Shown here in pieces: positions 54,992 to 64,000 of a stretch of DNA of 64,000 nucleotides; the first letter of the stretch is position 1; the number at the start of each line of letters is the position of its first letter. Source of the stretch: an uncultured Chloroflexia bacterium (GTDB lineage: Bacteria > Chloroflexota > Dehalococcoidia > UBA2979); contig CAVSIV010000002.1 of the NCBI GenBank assembly GCA_963728205.1, forward strand, positions 416,001 through 480,000, written 5' to 3'. The notes under the pieces were generated by a model. It made no database searches. It worked only from the letters and a program-made list of their open reading frames with translations, and was not told where the DNA came from. The position numbers were made by a program, and so were the translations under genes.

Positions 54992-55597
54992 ATGAACGCC
55001 TATCACATCGCCCTCTTCTTCCACCTGTTCGCGCTGCTGGCCGCGACGGTGGCGTCGACCCTCACGCACTTCGGCGAGCACCGCATGCAGCGCGCCGCGA
55101 CGGTCGGCGAGGCCCGGCCGTGGCTGCTGCTCGTCGCGGGCGTCGGCAAGGTGTTCCCGCTGGCCCTGCTCACGCTGCTCGCCACCGGGAGCTACATGGT
55201 GCACGGGGGGTGGACGTGGAATCTCGGGTGGGTCGACGCGGGTCTCGTCGGCGTCGTCGTGCTGTTCGTCAGCGGGCTCGCGCTCGAGCGTCACGGGCGG
55301 GGGATCGGCGCGGAGCTGGCGCGGCTGGGCGACGGTCCTCTCGACGCGCGAGCGGCTGCGGCGGTGCGCGATCCGGTCGCGGCCGCGCAGTCGTGGGCAA
55401 ACAGCATGCTCGCGCTCGCCGTGGTGTTCGACATGGCGACGAAGCCGGCACTGCCGGTCGCGCTGACGGTGCTCGCGATCGGCGTCCTCGCCGGTGTCGG
55501 GATCGCGCGCCGCGCCGCGCGCCCGACGGGCACGCACGCCACGGTCGCCGGTCACCGGTCCATTGACGAAGCCGTGGACGTCCTAATGAATTCATGA
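54992..55597 (+). CDS. Membrane protein (DUF2269-like)
   Basis: Four to five hydrophobic segments, ALFFH and FDMATKP. Confidence 0.65.
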   Translation: MNAYHIALFFHLFALLAATVASTLTHFGEHRMQRAATVGEARPWLLLVAGVGKVFPLALLTLLATGSYMVHGGWTWNLGWVDAGLVGVVVLFVSGLALERHGRGIGAELARLGDGPLDARAAAAVRDPVAAAQSWANSMLALAVVFDMATKPALPVALTVLAIGVLAGVGIARRAARPTGTHATVAGHRSIDEAVDVLMNS

Positions 55598-55795
55598 TAC
55601 AAGCAGCGTCCATCGCGGACGCTGCTCCGCGGATCGTGACAGTCCCCCGCACCCGAGTGCTGGAGGCTCCCCTCGCGGGCCGGGCGACGGGATGACCGCG
55701 GGAACCCCCGAAACGAGCCACGGCCGCACCTCATGCCGACCCGCGGACTCCCGCGGGCCCGGTTCAGGTCGTGTTGCGTTCGGGAGGAATCGTCG

Positions 55796-58700
55796 ATGAC
55801 AGCAGCGATAGCCGGCGGTGTGCGCCGGTGGTGGCTCGGGATGGTCGTACTGGCGGTGTTCGCCATCGCGCCGATCGTGGCGCTCGGCGGCGGCGCGGCC
55901 GACGCGGCCGGCACGGCGATCCAGGTGCCGAGCCAGTGCACGCTCGCATCGGCGATCGCGCATGCGGATGCGGGGCAGGACTGCAGCGGCGCCGCGTCGC
56001 CCGCCCCGTACACGATCGTGCTCGACGCCGGCTCCCCCGTCACGCTGACGGCGCCGGACAACGCGATCGACGGGCCCAACGGGCTTCCGGACGTCACGAC
56101 GGCCATCACGATCCAGAGCAACTCCTCGAGCCCGGCGACGATCCAGCGCAGCGTCGCGCCGGGGACGCCGTCGTTCCGGCTCTTCCACGTCGCAAGCACG
56201 GGCAGTCTCACGCTGATCAACATCCAGCTCGGCAACGGCCTGGCGCAGGGCGGGCGCGGCGGGGACTCGGCTTCCGGCAACGCCGGCCAGGGCGGCGGCG
56301 GCGGCGGAGGCATGGGCGGCGCGATCTTCTCGCACCAGGGTGCGGTGTCGCTCAGCCAGGTCACGTTGACCGGCAACGCGGCGGTCGGCGGGAACGGCGG
56401 CTACACGAACAGCTATGACGGCCTGGTCACCGCGGGCAGCGGCGGCGGCGGCGGCATGGGCGGGAACGGCGGTAACGCCGCGTTCTACAACGGCGGCGGC
56501 GGCGGCGGCACGGGCGGCAACGGCGGCAGCGGGTCGAACTACGGCGGCGGAGCCGGCGGAGGCGGCCAGGGGCTGGGCGCGAACGGCGGACCGAACACCG
56601 GCCTGGGCGGCGGCGGCGGCGGCACACAGACCGCCGCGAGCAACGGCACGGGCGGCGTCCTCAACGGCGCCAACGGCGGCCTCAACGGCAACGGCATCGG
56701 GCAGTATGGCAGCGATGGCTACAGCGGTGGCTACGGCGGCGGCGGCGGCGGCGGCGGCACGGCCTGTGGCCAGTGTGGCGCGAGCGGCGGCAGCGGCGGG
56801 TACAACGCCGGCGGTGGCGGCGGCTACTACGGCGGCAACGGCGCGGGCGGCGGCTTCGGCGCGGGCGGCGGCGCGGGCGGCTACCACTCCGGCAGCGGTG
56901 GGTTCGGCGGCGGCGGCGGCGGCGCGGCCGGCCAGGGCGCGAACGGCGGCTTCGGCGGCGGCGCCGGCGGCACCGGCTACTACCAGGCCGGCAGCGCCTA
57001 CGGCGGCGGCTCATCCGGCGACGGTCGCTACGGCGGGGGCGGCGGCGCGGGCGGCGGAGCGGGCCTCGGGGGTGCCATCTTCGCCTACGGCGGTACGCTC
57101 ACCGTCCACGACTCCACCTTCACCGCCAATAGCGTCGCCGGCGGCGCGGGCGGCGTATCGCACTACGGCCCAAGTGGCGGGGGCGGCATCGGCCAGGCCG
57201 CGGCGGTGTTCGTCTACAGCAGCGGCAGCGCCACGGCGACGGCGCTGGTGCAGACCTCGACGGTCAACGCCAGCGACATCGCCATCTACGGCACCCTGAC
57301 CGCGGGCAGCCTGCTCGGCCCGACGGCGCAGCTCGTCTTCACGACGCAGCCGCCGGCGACCGTGGCCGCCGGCGCAACCTTCGGCGTCACGGTCGAGCTC
57401 CGCGACGCCTTCGGCGACCTGGAAACGGCCGACACGTCGACGGTCACCCTCACCGCGCAGAACTGTGGCGGGTGCGTGCTGAGCGGCAGCACGACGGTGG
57501 CGGCCGTCGGCGGGCAGGCGTCCTTCGCGAATCTCGCCTTCCCGGTCGCGGCCACGAGCGCCTCGATCCGGGCGAACGTGGGCGCCGTGCAGGCGGCGTC
57601 GAGCAACGTGGCGGTGTCGAAGGCGACGCCGGACGTCTCGCTCGCGACGAACGCGGCCTCCACCGTGTTCGGCCAGCCGGTGACGTTCACCGCGACGGTC
57701 GCGGCTCCGAGCGGCTCGTCGGCCGGCGCGCCGACCGGCAGCGTCACGTTCAGCGACGGCGCGACCGCCATCGGGAGCAGCGCGCTCAGCACCAGCGGCG
57801 GCGTGACGACCGCAACGCTCACCACGAGCGCGCTCGCGGTCGCGGACCACAGCATCACCGCCGCGTACGGCGGGAACACGGCCTTCACCTCCGCCACGAG
57901 CTCGGCGGTGGTGCAGTCGGTCGGCCAGGCCGGCAGCAGCGTTTCGCTGGCCACCTCGGTCAGCCCCTCGGTCGTCGGCCAGCCGGTGACGCTGACCGCG
58001 ACGGTCTCCACCGTCGCGCCGGGCGCCGGGACGCCGACGGGGAGCGTCAGCTTCACCGATGGCGCGACCGTGCTCGGCGGCGCCGTGCTCAGCACGACCG
58101 GCGGCGTGACGACCGCCACCCTCGCCACCTCGGCGCTCACGGCCGGGAGCCACACACTGGCGGCGACCTACGCAGGTGACGTGCACTTCGCCGGCAGCCA
58201 GGCCACGACCGGCACGGTCGTCGACCCGGCCGCGACCACGATCACCGTCGCGTCGACGGCGAACCCGTCGGTGACCGGGCAGGGCGTGTCCTTCACGGCG
58301 ACCGTGACGGTCACGGCGCCCGGGGCCGGCGCGCCGACCGGCACCGTCACGTTCAGTGACGGCGCCACGGTGCTCGGCGCGGCCCCGCTCAGCGGCGGCG
58401 TCGCGACGTTCGCGGCGCCCGGCCTCGCGCTCGGGTCGCACACCGTCACCGCGGCATACGAGGGCGACCTCGCGTTCAGCGCGAGCGCGAGCGCGGCGTT
58501 GGCGCAGGCCGTCACGAAGGCGGCGACCACGGTCGCTCTCGCCTCGAGCGCGCCGGCGTCGGTGACCGGCCAGCCGGTGACGTTGACGGCGACCGTCGCG
58601 GTCTCCCCGCCGGGCGCCGGCACGCCGACCGGTACGGTCACCTTCCGTGACGGCCCGATTGTGCTCGGGACGGACACGCTCTCGGGCGGGAGCGCGACGC

Positions 58701-61700
58701 TGACGACGGCGAGCCTCGCCGTGGCGGCGCACCCGCTCACCGTGGACTACAGCGGTGACGCCGGCTTCAACGGAGCGACGAGCAGCCCGCTCAGCCAGGT
58801 CGTCGGCCGGGGCGGCACGACGACGGCCCTGTCCGCGTCGGTCAATCCGTCCGTGTTCGGCCAGGAGGTGACGTTCACCGCCGCCGTCGACGTGACGGCG
58901 CCGGCGGAGGGCGCGCCCACGGGCGGCGTCACCTTCAGCGACGGCACGACCGTGCTCGCGACCGTCCCGCTCAGCGGCGGGTCGGCGACGTACAGCACGT
59001 CCGCGCTCGCCGCGGGCGCGCACGCCGTGACCGCGACGTACGGCGGCGACGACAGCTTCGGCGGCAGCGCGAGCGCCGCCGTCGCGCAGTCCGTCGACCA
59101 GGCGTCGACGGTCACGACCGTCGCGCCGGATCTCGGGACGACGGTCTTCGGGCAGAGCGTCACCTTCGTCGCGTCCGTCGCCGCGGCGGCGCCGGGCGCG
59201 GGTACGCCGGGCGGCACCGTGCAGTTCAGCGTCGACGGCAGCCCGCTGGGTTCGCCGGTCACGCTGGTGGGCGGCAGCGCGTCGCTCAGCGTCGCGAGCC
59301 TCGCGGTCGGCGATCACAGCGTCGGCGCGACCTACGGCGGCGACGCGAGCTTCGTGACGAGCGAGGGCGATCCGGCCGCGCTGGCGGTGCTGCCGGCCGT
59401 CACGATGACGACCGTCGGCTCGTCGGTCGCGGCCGCCGCGTTCGGGCAGCCGGTCACGCTGAGTGCCGCGGTGGCGGCGGTCGCCCCCGGCGCGGGCGTC
59501 CCGACCGGCACGGTGGTATTCAGCATCGACGGGGTCGCCGGCGCGCCGGTGGCGCTGGTCGGCGGCGCCGCCTCCACGACGACGGCAGAGCTGGCCGTCG
59601 GCGGCCACAGCGTCGTCGTGAGCTACAGCGGCGACGCGAGCTTCAGTGGGAGCGCGAGCGCGGCCTTCGCGCAGGCGGTGAGGCGCGCGACGACGACGAC
59701 GGCGGTCGTGTCCGCGGCGAGCCCGACGGTGTCGGGTGAGTCCGTCACGTTCACCGCCACGGTCGCGGTCGCGGCCCCGGGGGCGGGCATGCCCACCGGG
59801 AGCATCGAGTTCCGCGACGGCGCGACGATCATCGGCAACGTGTCGCTCACGGGCGACTCCGCGTCGCTCGATGTCTCGACGCTCGGCGCCGGCACGCACG
59901 TCGTCACCGCTGCCTACAGCGGCGACGGCGACTTCGAGGCGAGCGCCGCGACGGTCACGCAGAGCGTGGACCGCGCGGACACGACGACGGCGCTCGACGC
60001 GCCGGCCACGTCCACGTTCGGGCAGTCGGTGACGTTCACGGCGACGGTCGCCGTGGCGCCCCCGGGCACCACGGATGCGGGCGTGCCGACGGGGAGCGTG
60101 AGCTTCCTGGACGGCGCGATGGTCGTCGGCGCGGGCGCGGTGAGCACGAGCGGCGGGATCACCACCGCGACGATCACCACGAGCCTGCTCGGCGCCGGCA
60201 CGCATGCGCTCACCGCGGTCTACGCGGGGGACGCGAACTTCGCCGGCTCCACGAGCGCTGCCGCGACGCTGGTCGTCGCGCCGGCCGACACGTCGCTGGC
60301 GGTGGTCTCGTCGGTCAGCCCGTCCGCGTTCGGCCAGGCCGTCACCTTCACGGCGACGGTCGCGGTCGTGGCGCCGGGCACGATCAGCGGCGGGTCGCCG
60401 ACGGGGAGCGTCGTCTTCGCGGACGGCGCCACCACGCTGGGGATCGCGACGCTGGTCACGAGCGGCGGTGTGACCACGGCGACGTTCACGACGAACGCGC
60501 TGGGGGTGGGCACGCACGGCGTCACCGCGACCTACGGCGGTGACGCCGGCTTCAGCGGGAGCGCCGGCGCGCCGCCGCCGCAGGTGGTAGACGCGGCGGG
60601 GACGTCCGTGGCGCTCGTCGTCACGCTCACCCCGTCGATCTTCGGCCAGTCCGTCACGTTCACCGCAACGGTGGCCACGACGGCGCCCGGCACCACCGAC
60701 ATCGCGTCGCCGACGGGAACGGTGACGTTCTCGGACGGCGCCGCGTCGCTCGGGACGGCTGCGCTGAGCACCACGGGCGGTGTGACCACGGCGACGTTCA
60801 CGACGGCCGCGCTGCCCACGGGGACGCGGAGCATCACGGCGGCGTACGCCGGTGACGGCAACTTCACCGCCGCGTCGAGCTCCGCGCTCGCGCAGGTGGT
60901 GAACCGGGCGGACACGGCGACGGCGCTGACGCTCGGGACCAACCCGTCGGCGGCGGGGCAGAGCGTCGCGTTCTCGGTGAGCGTCTCGGTCATGCCCCCG
61001 GGCACGACCGCGGCGGGCTCGCCCACGGGGACGGTGCAGTTCACGGTCGACGGCGTGAACCTCGGCGGCGCGGTGGCGCTCGTCGACGGCCAGGCGACGA
61101 GCCCGGCGACGTCGACCCTGCAGATCGGCAACCACGTGGTCGTCGCGACCTACAGCGGCGACGGCAGCTTCGCGGGCAGCTCCGCCACCGCGACGCAGAC
61201 GGTGAACCCGAGCGGCGGGACGAGCGCGAACCTGCACGGCGGGAACCTCGACGGGGCGAACCTCGACGGGATCGACGTCAGCGGCTCGAACCTGTCGGGG
61301 GTCACCCTGGACGGCGCCTCGCTCGTGGACACGAACCTGTCGGCCGCGAACCTCAGTCACGCGTCGGCGACCAACGCGAACCTCAGCGGGGCGAACCTCG
61401 CCGGGGCAAACCTGTCGCACGGCACGCTGACCGGCTCGAACCTGAGCGGGGCGACGCTGAACGGGGCGAACCTGAGCCAGTCGAGCCTGGCCGGCGTGAA
61501 CCTCACGGGCGCCGATTCGAGCACCGCGAACCTTAGCGGCGTCGACCTCAGCGGGGCGATCCTCGTGGGGGCGAACCTCGCCGGGGCGAACCTGAGCGGC
61601 GCCAACCTCTCGGGTGCGGATTTGACGGGGGCGGTGCTGACCCACGCGAACCTGTCAAACGTCAGCTTCGCGAACGCGAACCTGACGAACGCGAACCTGA

Positions 61701-61771
61701 CCGGGGCCAACGTGAACAAGAAGACGGACTTCACCGGCGCGACGCTGACGGGGGTGATCGGCTACCCGTAG
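55796..61771 (+). CDS. Giant secreted protein: signal peptide, CSLREA-like/Gly-rich region, about 12 Big_3-type Ig repeats, C-terminal pentapeptide repeats
   Basis: GGGAGG RBS; RRWW-hydrophobic-ADA signal; CTLASAI; 12 copies of GQxVTFTATV...PTGxVxFxDG...YxGD; A(N/D)LSG repeats. Confidence 0.9.
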   Translation: MTAAIAGGVRRWWLGMVVLAVFAIAPIVALGGGAADAAGTAIQVPSQCTLASAIAHADAGQDCSGAASPAPYTIVLDAGSPVTLTAPDNAIDGPNGLPDVTTAITIQSNSSSPATIQRSVAPGTPSFRLFHVASTGSLTLINIQLGNGLAQGGRGGDSASGNAGQGGGGGGGMGGAIFSHQGAVSLSQVTLTGNAAVGGNGGYTNSYDGLVTAGSGGGGGMGGNGGNAAFYNGGGGGGTGGNGGSGSNYGGGAGGGGQGLGANGGPNTGLGGGGGGTQTAASNGTGGVLNGANGGLNGNGIGQYGSDGYSGGYGGGGGGGGTACGQCGASGGSGGYNAGGGGGYYGGNGAGGGFGAGGGAGGYHSGSGGFGGGGGGAAGQGANGGFGGGAGGTGYYQAGSAYGGGSSGDGRYGGGGGAGGGAGLGGAIFAYGGTLTVHDSTFTANSVAGGAGGVSHYGPSGGGGIGQAAAVFVYSSGSATATALVQTSTVNASDIAIYGTLTAGSLLGPTAQLVFTTQPPATVAAGATFGVTVELRDAFGDLETADTSTVTLTAQNCGGCVLSGSTTVAAVGGQASFANLAFPVAATSASIRANVGAVQAASSNVAVSKATPDVSLATNAASTVFGQPVTFTATVAAPSGSSAGAPTGSVTFSDGATAIGSSALSTSGGVTTATLTTSALAVADHSITAAYGGNTAFTSATSSAVVQSVGQAGSSVSLATSVSPSVVGQPVTLTATVSTVAPGAGTPTGSVSFTDGATVLGGAVLSTTGGVTTATLATSALTAGSHTLAATYAGDVHFAGSQATTGTVVDPAATTITVASTANPSVTGQGVSFTATVTVTAPGAGAPTGTVTFSDGATVLGAAPLSGGVATFAAPGLALGSHTVTAAYEGDLAFSASASAALAQAVTKAATTVALASSAPASVTGQPVTLTATVAVSPPGAGTPTGTVTFRDGPIVLGTDTLSGGSATLTTASLAVAAHPLTVDYSGDAGFNGATSSPLSQVVGRGGTTTALSASVNPSVFGQEVTFTAAVDVTAPAEGAPTGGVTFSDGTTVLATVPLSGGSATYSTSALAAGAHAVTATYGGDDSFGGSASAAVAQSVDQASTVTTVAPDLGTTVFGQSVTFVASVAAAAPGAGTPGGTVQFSVDGSPLGSPVTLVGGSASLSVASLAVGDHSVGATYGGDASFVTSEGDPAALAVLPAVTMTTVGSSVAAAAFGQPVTLSAAVAAVAPGAGVPTGTVVFSIDGVAGAPVALVGGAASTTTAELAVGGHSVVVSYSGDASFSGSASAAFAQAVRRATTTTAVVSAASPTVSGESVTFTATVAVAAPGAGMPTGSIEFRDGATIIGNVSLTGDSASLDVSTLGAGTHVVTAAYSGDGDFEASAATVTQSVDRADTTTALDAPATSTFGQSVTFTATVAVAPPGTTDAGVPTGSVSFLDGAMVVGAGAVSTSGGITTATITTSLLGAGTHALTAVYAGDANFAGSTSAAATLVVAPADTSLAVVSSVSPSAFGQAVTFTATVAVVAPGTISGGSPTGSVVFADGATTLGIATLVTSGGVTTATFTTNALGVGTHGVTATYGGDAGFSGSAGAPPPQVVDAAGTSVALVVTLTPSIFGQSVTFTATVATTAPGTTDIASPTGTVTFSDGAASLGTAALSTTGGVTTATFTTAALPTGTRSITAAYAGDGNFTAASSSALAQVVNRADTATALTLGTNPSAAGQSVAFSVSVSVMPPGTTAAGSPTGTVQFTVDGVNLGGAVALVDGQATSPATSTLQIGNHVVVATYSGDGSFAGSSATATQTVNPSGGTSANLHGGNLDGANLDGIDVSGSNLSGVTLDGASLVDTNLSAANLSHASATNANLSGANLAGANLSHGTLTGSNLSGATLNGANLSQSSLAGVNLTGADSSTANLSGVDLSGAILVGANLAGANLSGANLSGADLTGAVLTHANLSNVSFANANLTNANLTGANVNKKTDFTGATLTGVIGYP
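61225..61760 (+). repeat. 15-bp-period coding repeat (pentapeptide repeats)
   Basis: Tandem GCGAACCT(C/G)... units. Confidence 0.85.
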
Positions 61772-61882
61772 CGGTCACGCCGGCGATTGCGCTGAGACGC
61801 GAGGGGCGGGGCACATGGCCCGCCCCTCGCCGCGTCCGGGCCAGTGCCATCCGCAGCGAACCGTGAACGGGAAGGGAGGGAG

Positions 61883-61957
61883 TGGAGCGGAAGACGAGGG
61901 TCGAACTCGCGACCTCCTCCTTGGCAAGGAGGCGCTCTACCACTGAGCTACTTCCGC
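61883..61957 (-). tRNA. tRNA-Gly(GCC)
   Basis: GCGGAAGTAGCTCAGTGGTAGAGC...TTGCCAA...GTTCGACCC...TTCCGCTCCA. Confidence 0.96.
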
Positions 61958-62077
61958 CCGCGGGGGCAAGGATAGCGACGGATACCCGGCAGTGTGAAGG
62001 GCGTGGGCGTCGACGAGGCGGAAACGAAGGGGGCGGGCGGGCTGCTCAGCCCGCTGACATGCTCAAGGGCGGAGTGC

Positions 62078-62779
62078 TCAGCCCGCTGACGCGGAGCCGT
62101 TCGCCGCGGTGCGCTCTGCGCGCAGCGCCGCGTGCCAGGCGGTCCAGTTCGTCGCGGGGAGCGTGCCAGCGATGAAGCGCGCCTTCGTCTCCTCGCGGAC
62201 GCGGTCGGCCTCGGCGAGGAACTCCGCGAGCGTGCCGTCGTTGTGGAAGACGTAGTCGGCGCCGCCGGCGCGGTCGCGCCAGTTGCGCGCGGAGGCGAGC
62301 CGCTGTGTCGCCTCCTCCTCGCTGAAGCCGTTGCGCTCCATCAGCCGCGGCAGCGCGATCGCGTCCTCGGCGGCGACGAGCCACGTGGCGTCGCACCACT
62401 CGGAATAGCCGGCCTCCATCAAGTTCACCGCCTCGAGGATCGCGACCTGGTCGCGCGGCAGCGTCGCGCGCCACTCGTCGATCACGCGGTGCATCTCCCC
62501 GCCGATGTCGCCGATCGCCCGGGTCAGCGCGCTCATGCGCTCGCGGTTGCCGAAGACCTTGCTCCCCAGCACCTTGCGATCGATGTAGCCGTCGTCGCCG
62601 ACGATGTCCCGGCCGAACTCCCCGACGATGCGGTCGAACGCGGGCTTGCCCGGGTCGTACATGCGGTGGACGACCTTGTCGGCGTCGGCGTGGACCACGC
62701 CGAAGCGCTCGACGAGGTGCTGGCAGAGCAGGCTCTTGCCGGTCGCGATGGAGCCGGTGACGCCCAGGACAAGCGGCAT
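62078..62779 (-). CDS. coaE: Dephospho-CoA kinase
   Basis: LGVTGSIATGKS, DADKVVH, IDRKVLG and ADYVFHNDG. Confidence 0.9.
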   Translation of the reverse strand: MPLVLGVTGSIATGKSLLCQHLVERFGVVHADADKVVHRMYDPGKPAFDRIVGEFGRDIVGDDGYIDRKVLGSKVFGNRERMSALTRAIGDIGGEMHRVIDEWRATLPRDQVAILEAVNLMEAGYSEWCDATWLVAAEDAIALPRLMERNGFSEEEATQRLASARNWRDRAGGADYVFHNDGTLAEFLAEADRVREETKARFIAGTLPATNWTAWHAALRAERTAANGSASAG

Positions 62780-62845
62780 GCGTTCCCCCTCGGGTGTGTT
62801 GAGGGCGGCGGGACCGGGACAGGCTAGCGGCGCCGCGGGGCAGGG

Positions 62846-62982
62846 GCGAGCAGGGGTCGTCAGACCGCTGTTTCCGGGTGCGGCGACCGCGCGCGCTCCT
62901 CGGCACGCGGACCGCTCGTCGGGGGAGGCGATAACGACGGCCGCTGTGACCGGAAACAGGGGACTGACGCCGCCCTGCTCGC
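62846..62982. ncRNA. Candidate long rod-shaped structured element (ncRNA or MITE-like)
   Basis: Nested complementary blocks GCGAGCAGGG/CCCTGCTCGC, CGTCAG/CTGACG, CTGTTTCCGG/CCGGAAACAG and GCGGC/GCCGC. Confidence 0.45.
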
Positions 62983-62995
62983 GGCGGCGCGGAGG

Positions 62996-64000
62996 CTATG
63001 GCGTCCGCGTGAGCGTCAGCGTATGCGCCGCCGCCGCCCGCGCCGCCTCCGGGGCGAGGTGCATCGGGACGCGCTCGTGGTCGCGCCACGTCGCCACCTG
63101 GTCGGCGTAGTGGGGCGTGCCGGGCAGGCCGGAGGCGCCGCCGGGGATCGACCACGTCGCCGCCTCGGGGTCGGCGAAGTCGACGACCTGGCGGTAGACC
63201 GATACCGACGCGACGCGGAAGCCGGCGGTCGGGGCCCAGCCGTAGCCGGAGACCTGAAGCGTGTCCGGGTCGCCGCCGAGCGCGATTGCCGGCGGGTCGA
63301 GATTGGCGACAAGCTCGGGGATGACGGGCGAGAGCGTGTGCGGAGCGGCGGTCTCGTGCGCGGCGTCCCAGCGCCACGCGGCCGGGTCGGCGCTGCCGGC
63401 GGTGCGCGCGGCGGCCTGCCAGGCGTCGGCGAGCACCGGGGCGAGCACGTCGTCCCAGGCACGATTGCCGGGCGCGGTCGCCGCCGCGTCGAGGGTCATC
63501 GACACGTGGAACGCCCATTCGCTCACGAGCCGCGCGCCGCCGGTGTTCGCAGGGTCGACCAGCCACGCCCACGTGTCGTCGCCGACGATCGGCGCGAAGA
63601 GCGCGCGCGCCACGCGGCGACGGAACTCCGCGTACACGAGCGCGGCGCCGCTCTCCGGGCGCAGGTCGCCGTCCCACCCGGCGAGCAGCGCGCGGGCGCG
63701 CTCGGCGTCGCCGTCGAGCGCGCGACGCGTCGCCAGGAAGCGTGCCCATGCCCGCGCCGGCACCGACAGCGTGTCGCCCTGCAGCGCCGCGACCTGCTCG
63801 GGGGTGAACGGCGCGCCGCCGTTCGCGCCCGGCCCGAGGGCTTCCGCGATGCGCGTCGAGCGCGCCGGCGTCGCGAACTCGTGCGCGAGATACGGCTCAT
63901 CGCGGTCCCACGGCCGCTGGTTCGCCGTGCCGAAGAAGCCCTCGGGCGGATTGATCGCCTGCGGCAGCGACGCGAACGGCACGTCGCCCGTCCACTCGTG
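62996..64000 (-). CDS. Penicillin acylase-family (Ntn) hydrolase, C-terminal part
   Basis: NPPEGFFGTANQ, YRQVVD and PGGASG...PHYADQ. Confidence 0.9.
   Translation of the reverse strand, partial: HEWTGDVPFASLPQAINPPEGFFGTANQRPWDRDEPYLAHEFATPARSTRIAEALGPGANGGAPFTPEQVAALQGDTLSVPARAWARFLATRRALDGDAERARALLAGWDGDLRPESGAALVYAEFRRRVARALFAPIVGDDTWAWLVDPANTGGARLVSEWAFHVSMTLDAAATAPGNRAWDDVLAPVLADAWQAAARTAGSADPAAWRWDAAHETAAPHTLSPVIPELVANLDPPAIALGGDPDTLQVSGYGWAPTAGFRVASVSVYRQVVDFADPEAATWSIPGGASGLPGTPHYADQVATWRDHERVPMHLAPEAARAAAAHTLTLTRTP

Noticed and set aside
55630-55790. Possible c-di-GMP or c-di-AMP riboswitch in the leader of the giant surface protein
   Set aside because: Hairpins are present but the conserved consensus nucleotides of these classes are not found.
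56290-57200. GGC microsatellite-like runs
   Set aside because: They are explained by the Gly-rich coding region of the large secreted protein.
43500-61957. Integrative element at tRNA-Leu or tRNA-Gly
   Set aside because: No integrase or transposase and no duplicated tRNA 3' end (att site) were found by eye, so it is not called as a mobile element.

Overview
A high-GC bacterial chromosomal window. The gene content is consistent with Chloroflexota/Dehalococcoidia or an actinobacteria-like lineage, but this is an inference. The left end holds a PyrR-attenuated pyrimidine operon (pyrR-pyrB-pyrC-carA-GNAT-2H-like-carB-HAD) whose carA and carB are broken by +1 indels that look like sequencing errors. 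Next come PAC2, a phosphotransferase, an RHH/DUF4097 pair, an amidohydrolase, a haloalkane dehalogenase and convergent tRNA-Gln/tRNA-Asn. These are followed by a compact candidate cyclic-nucleotide module: a LysR-type effector-binding domain fused to a class III cyclase, an MBL hydrolase, a stand-alone cNMP-binding protein and a cupin. The middle carries signalling, stress and transport genes, sdhCAB, and an ASRT/TPP-oxidase/enolase/FAD-FeS cluster. The right part has a decayed MerR gene, an orphan two-gene operon downstream of tRNA-Leu encoding a 1225-aa toxin-like protein with an internal PD-(D/E)xK-like motif, an ABC-2 exporter, TetR/cupin, and a ~2000-aa secreted Ig-repeat/pentapeptide protein. 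It ends with tRNA-Gly, coaE, a long intergenic rod-like hairpin and a partial penicillin acylase. No CRISPR array, integrase or transposase was seen. All family calls come from reading motifs by eye; no database search was run.
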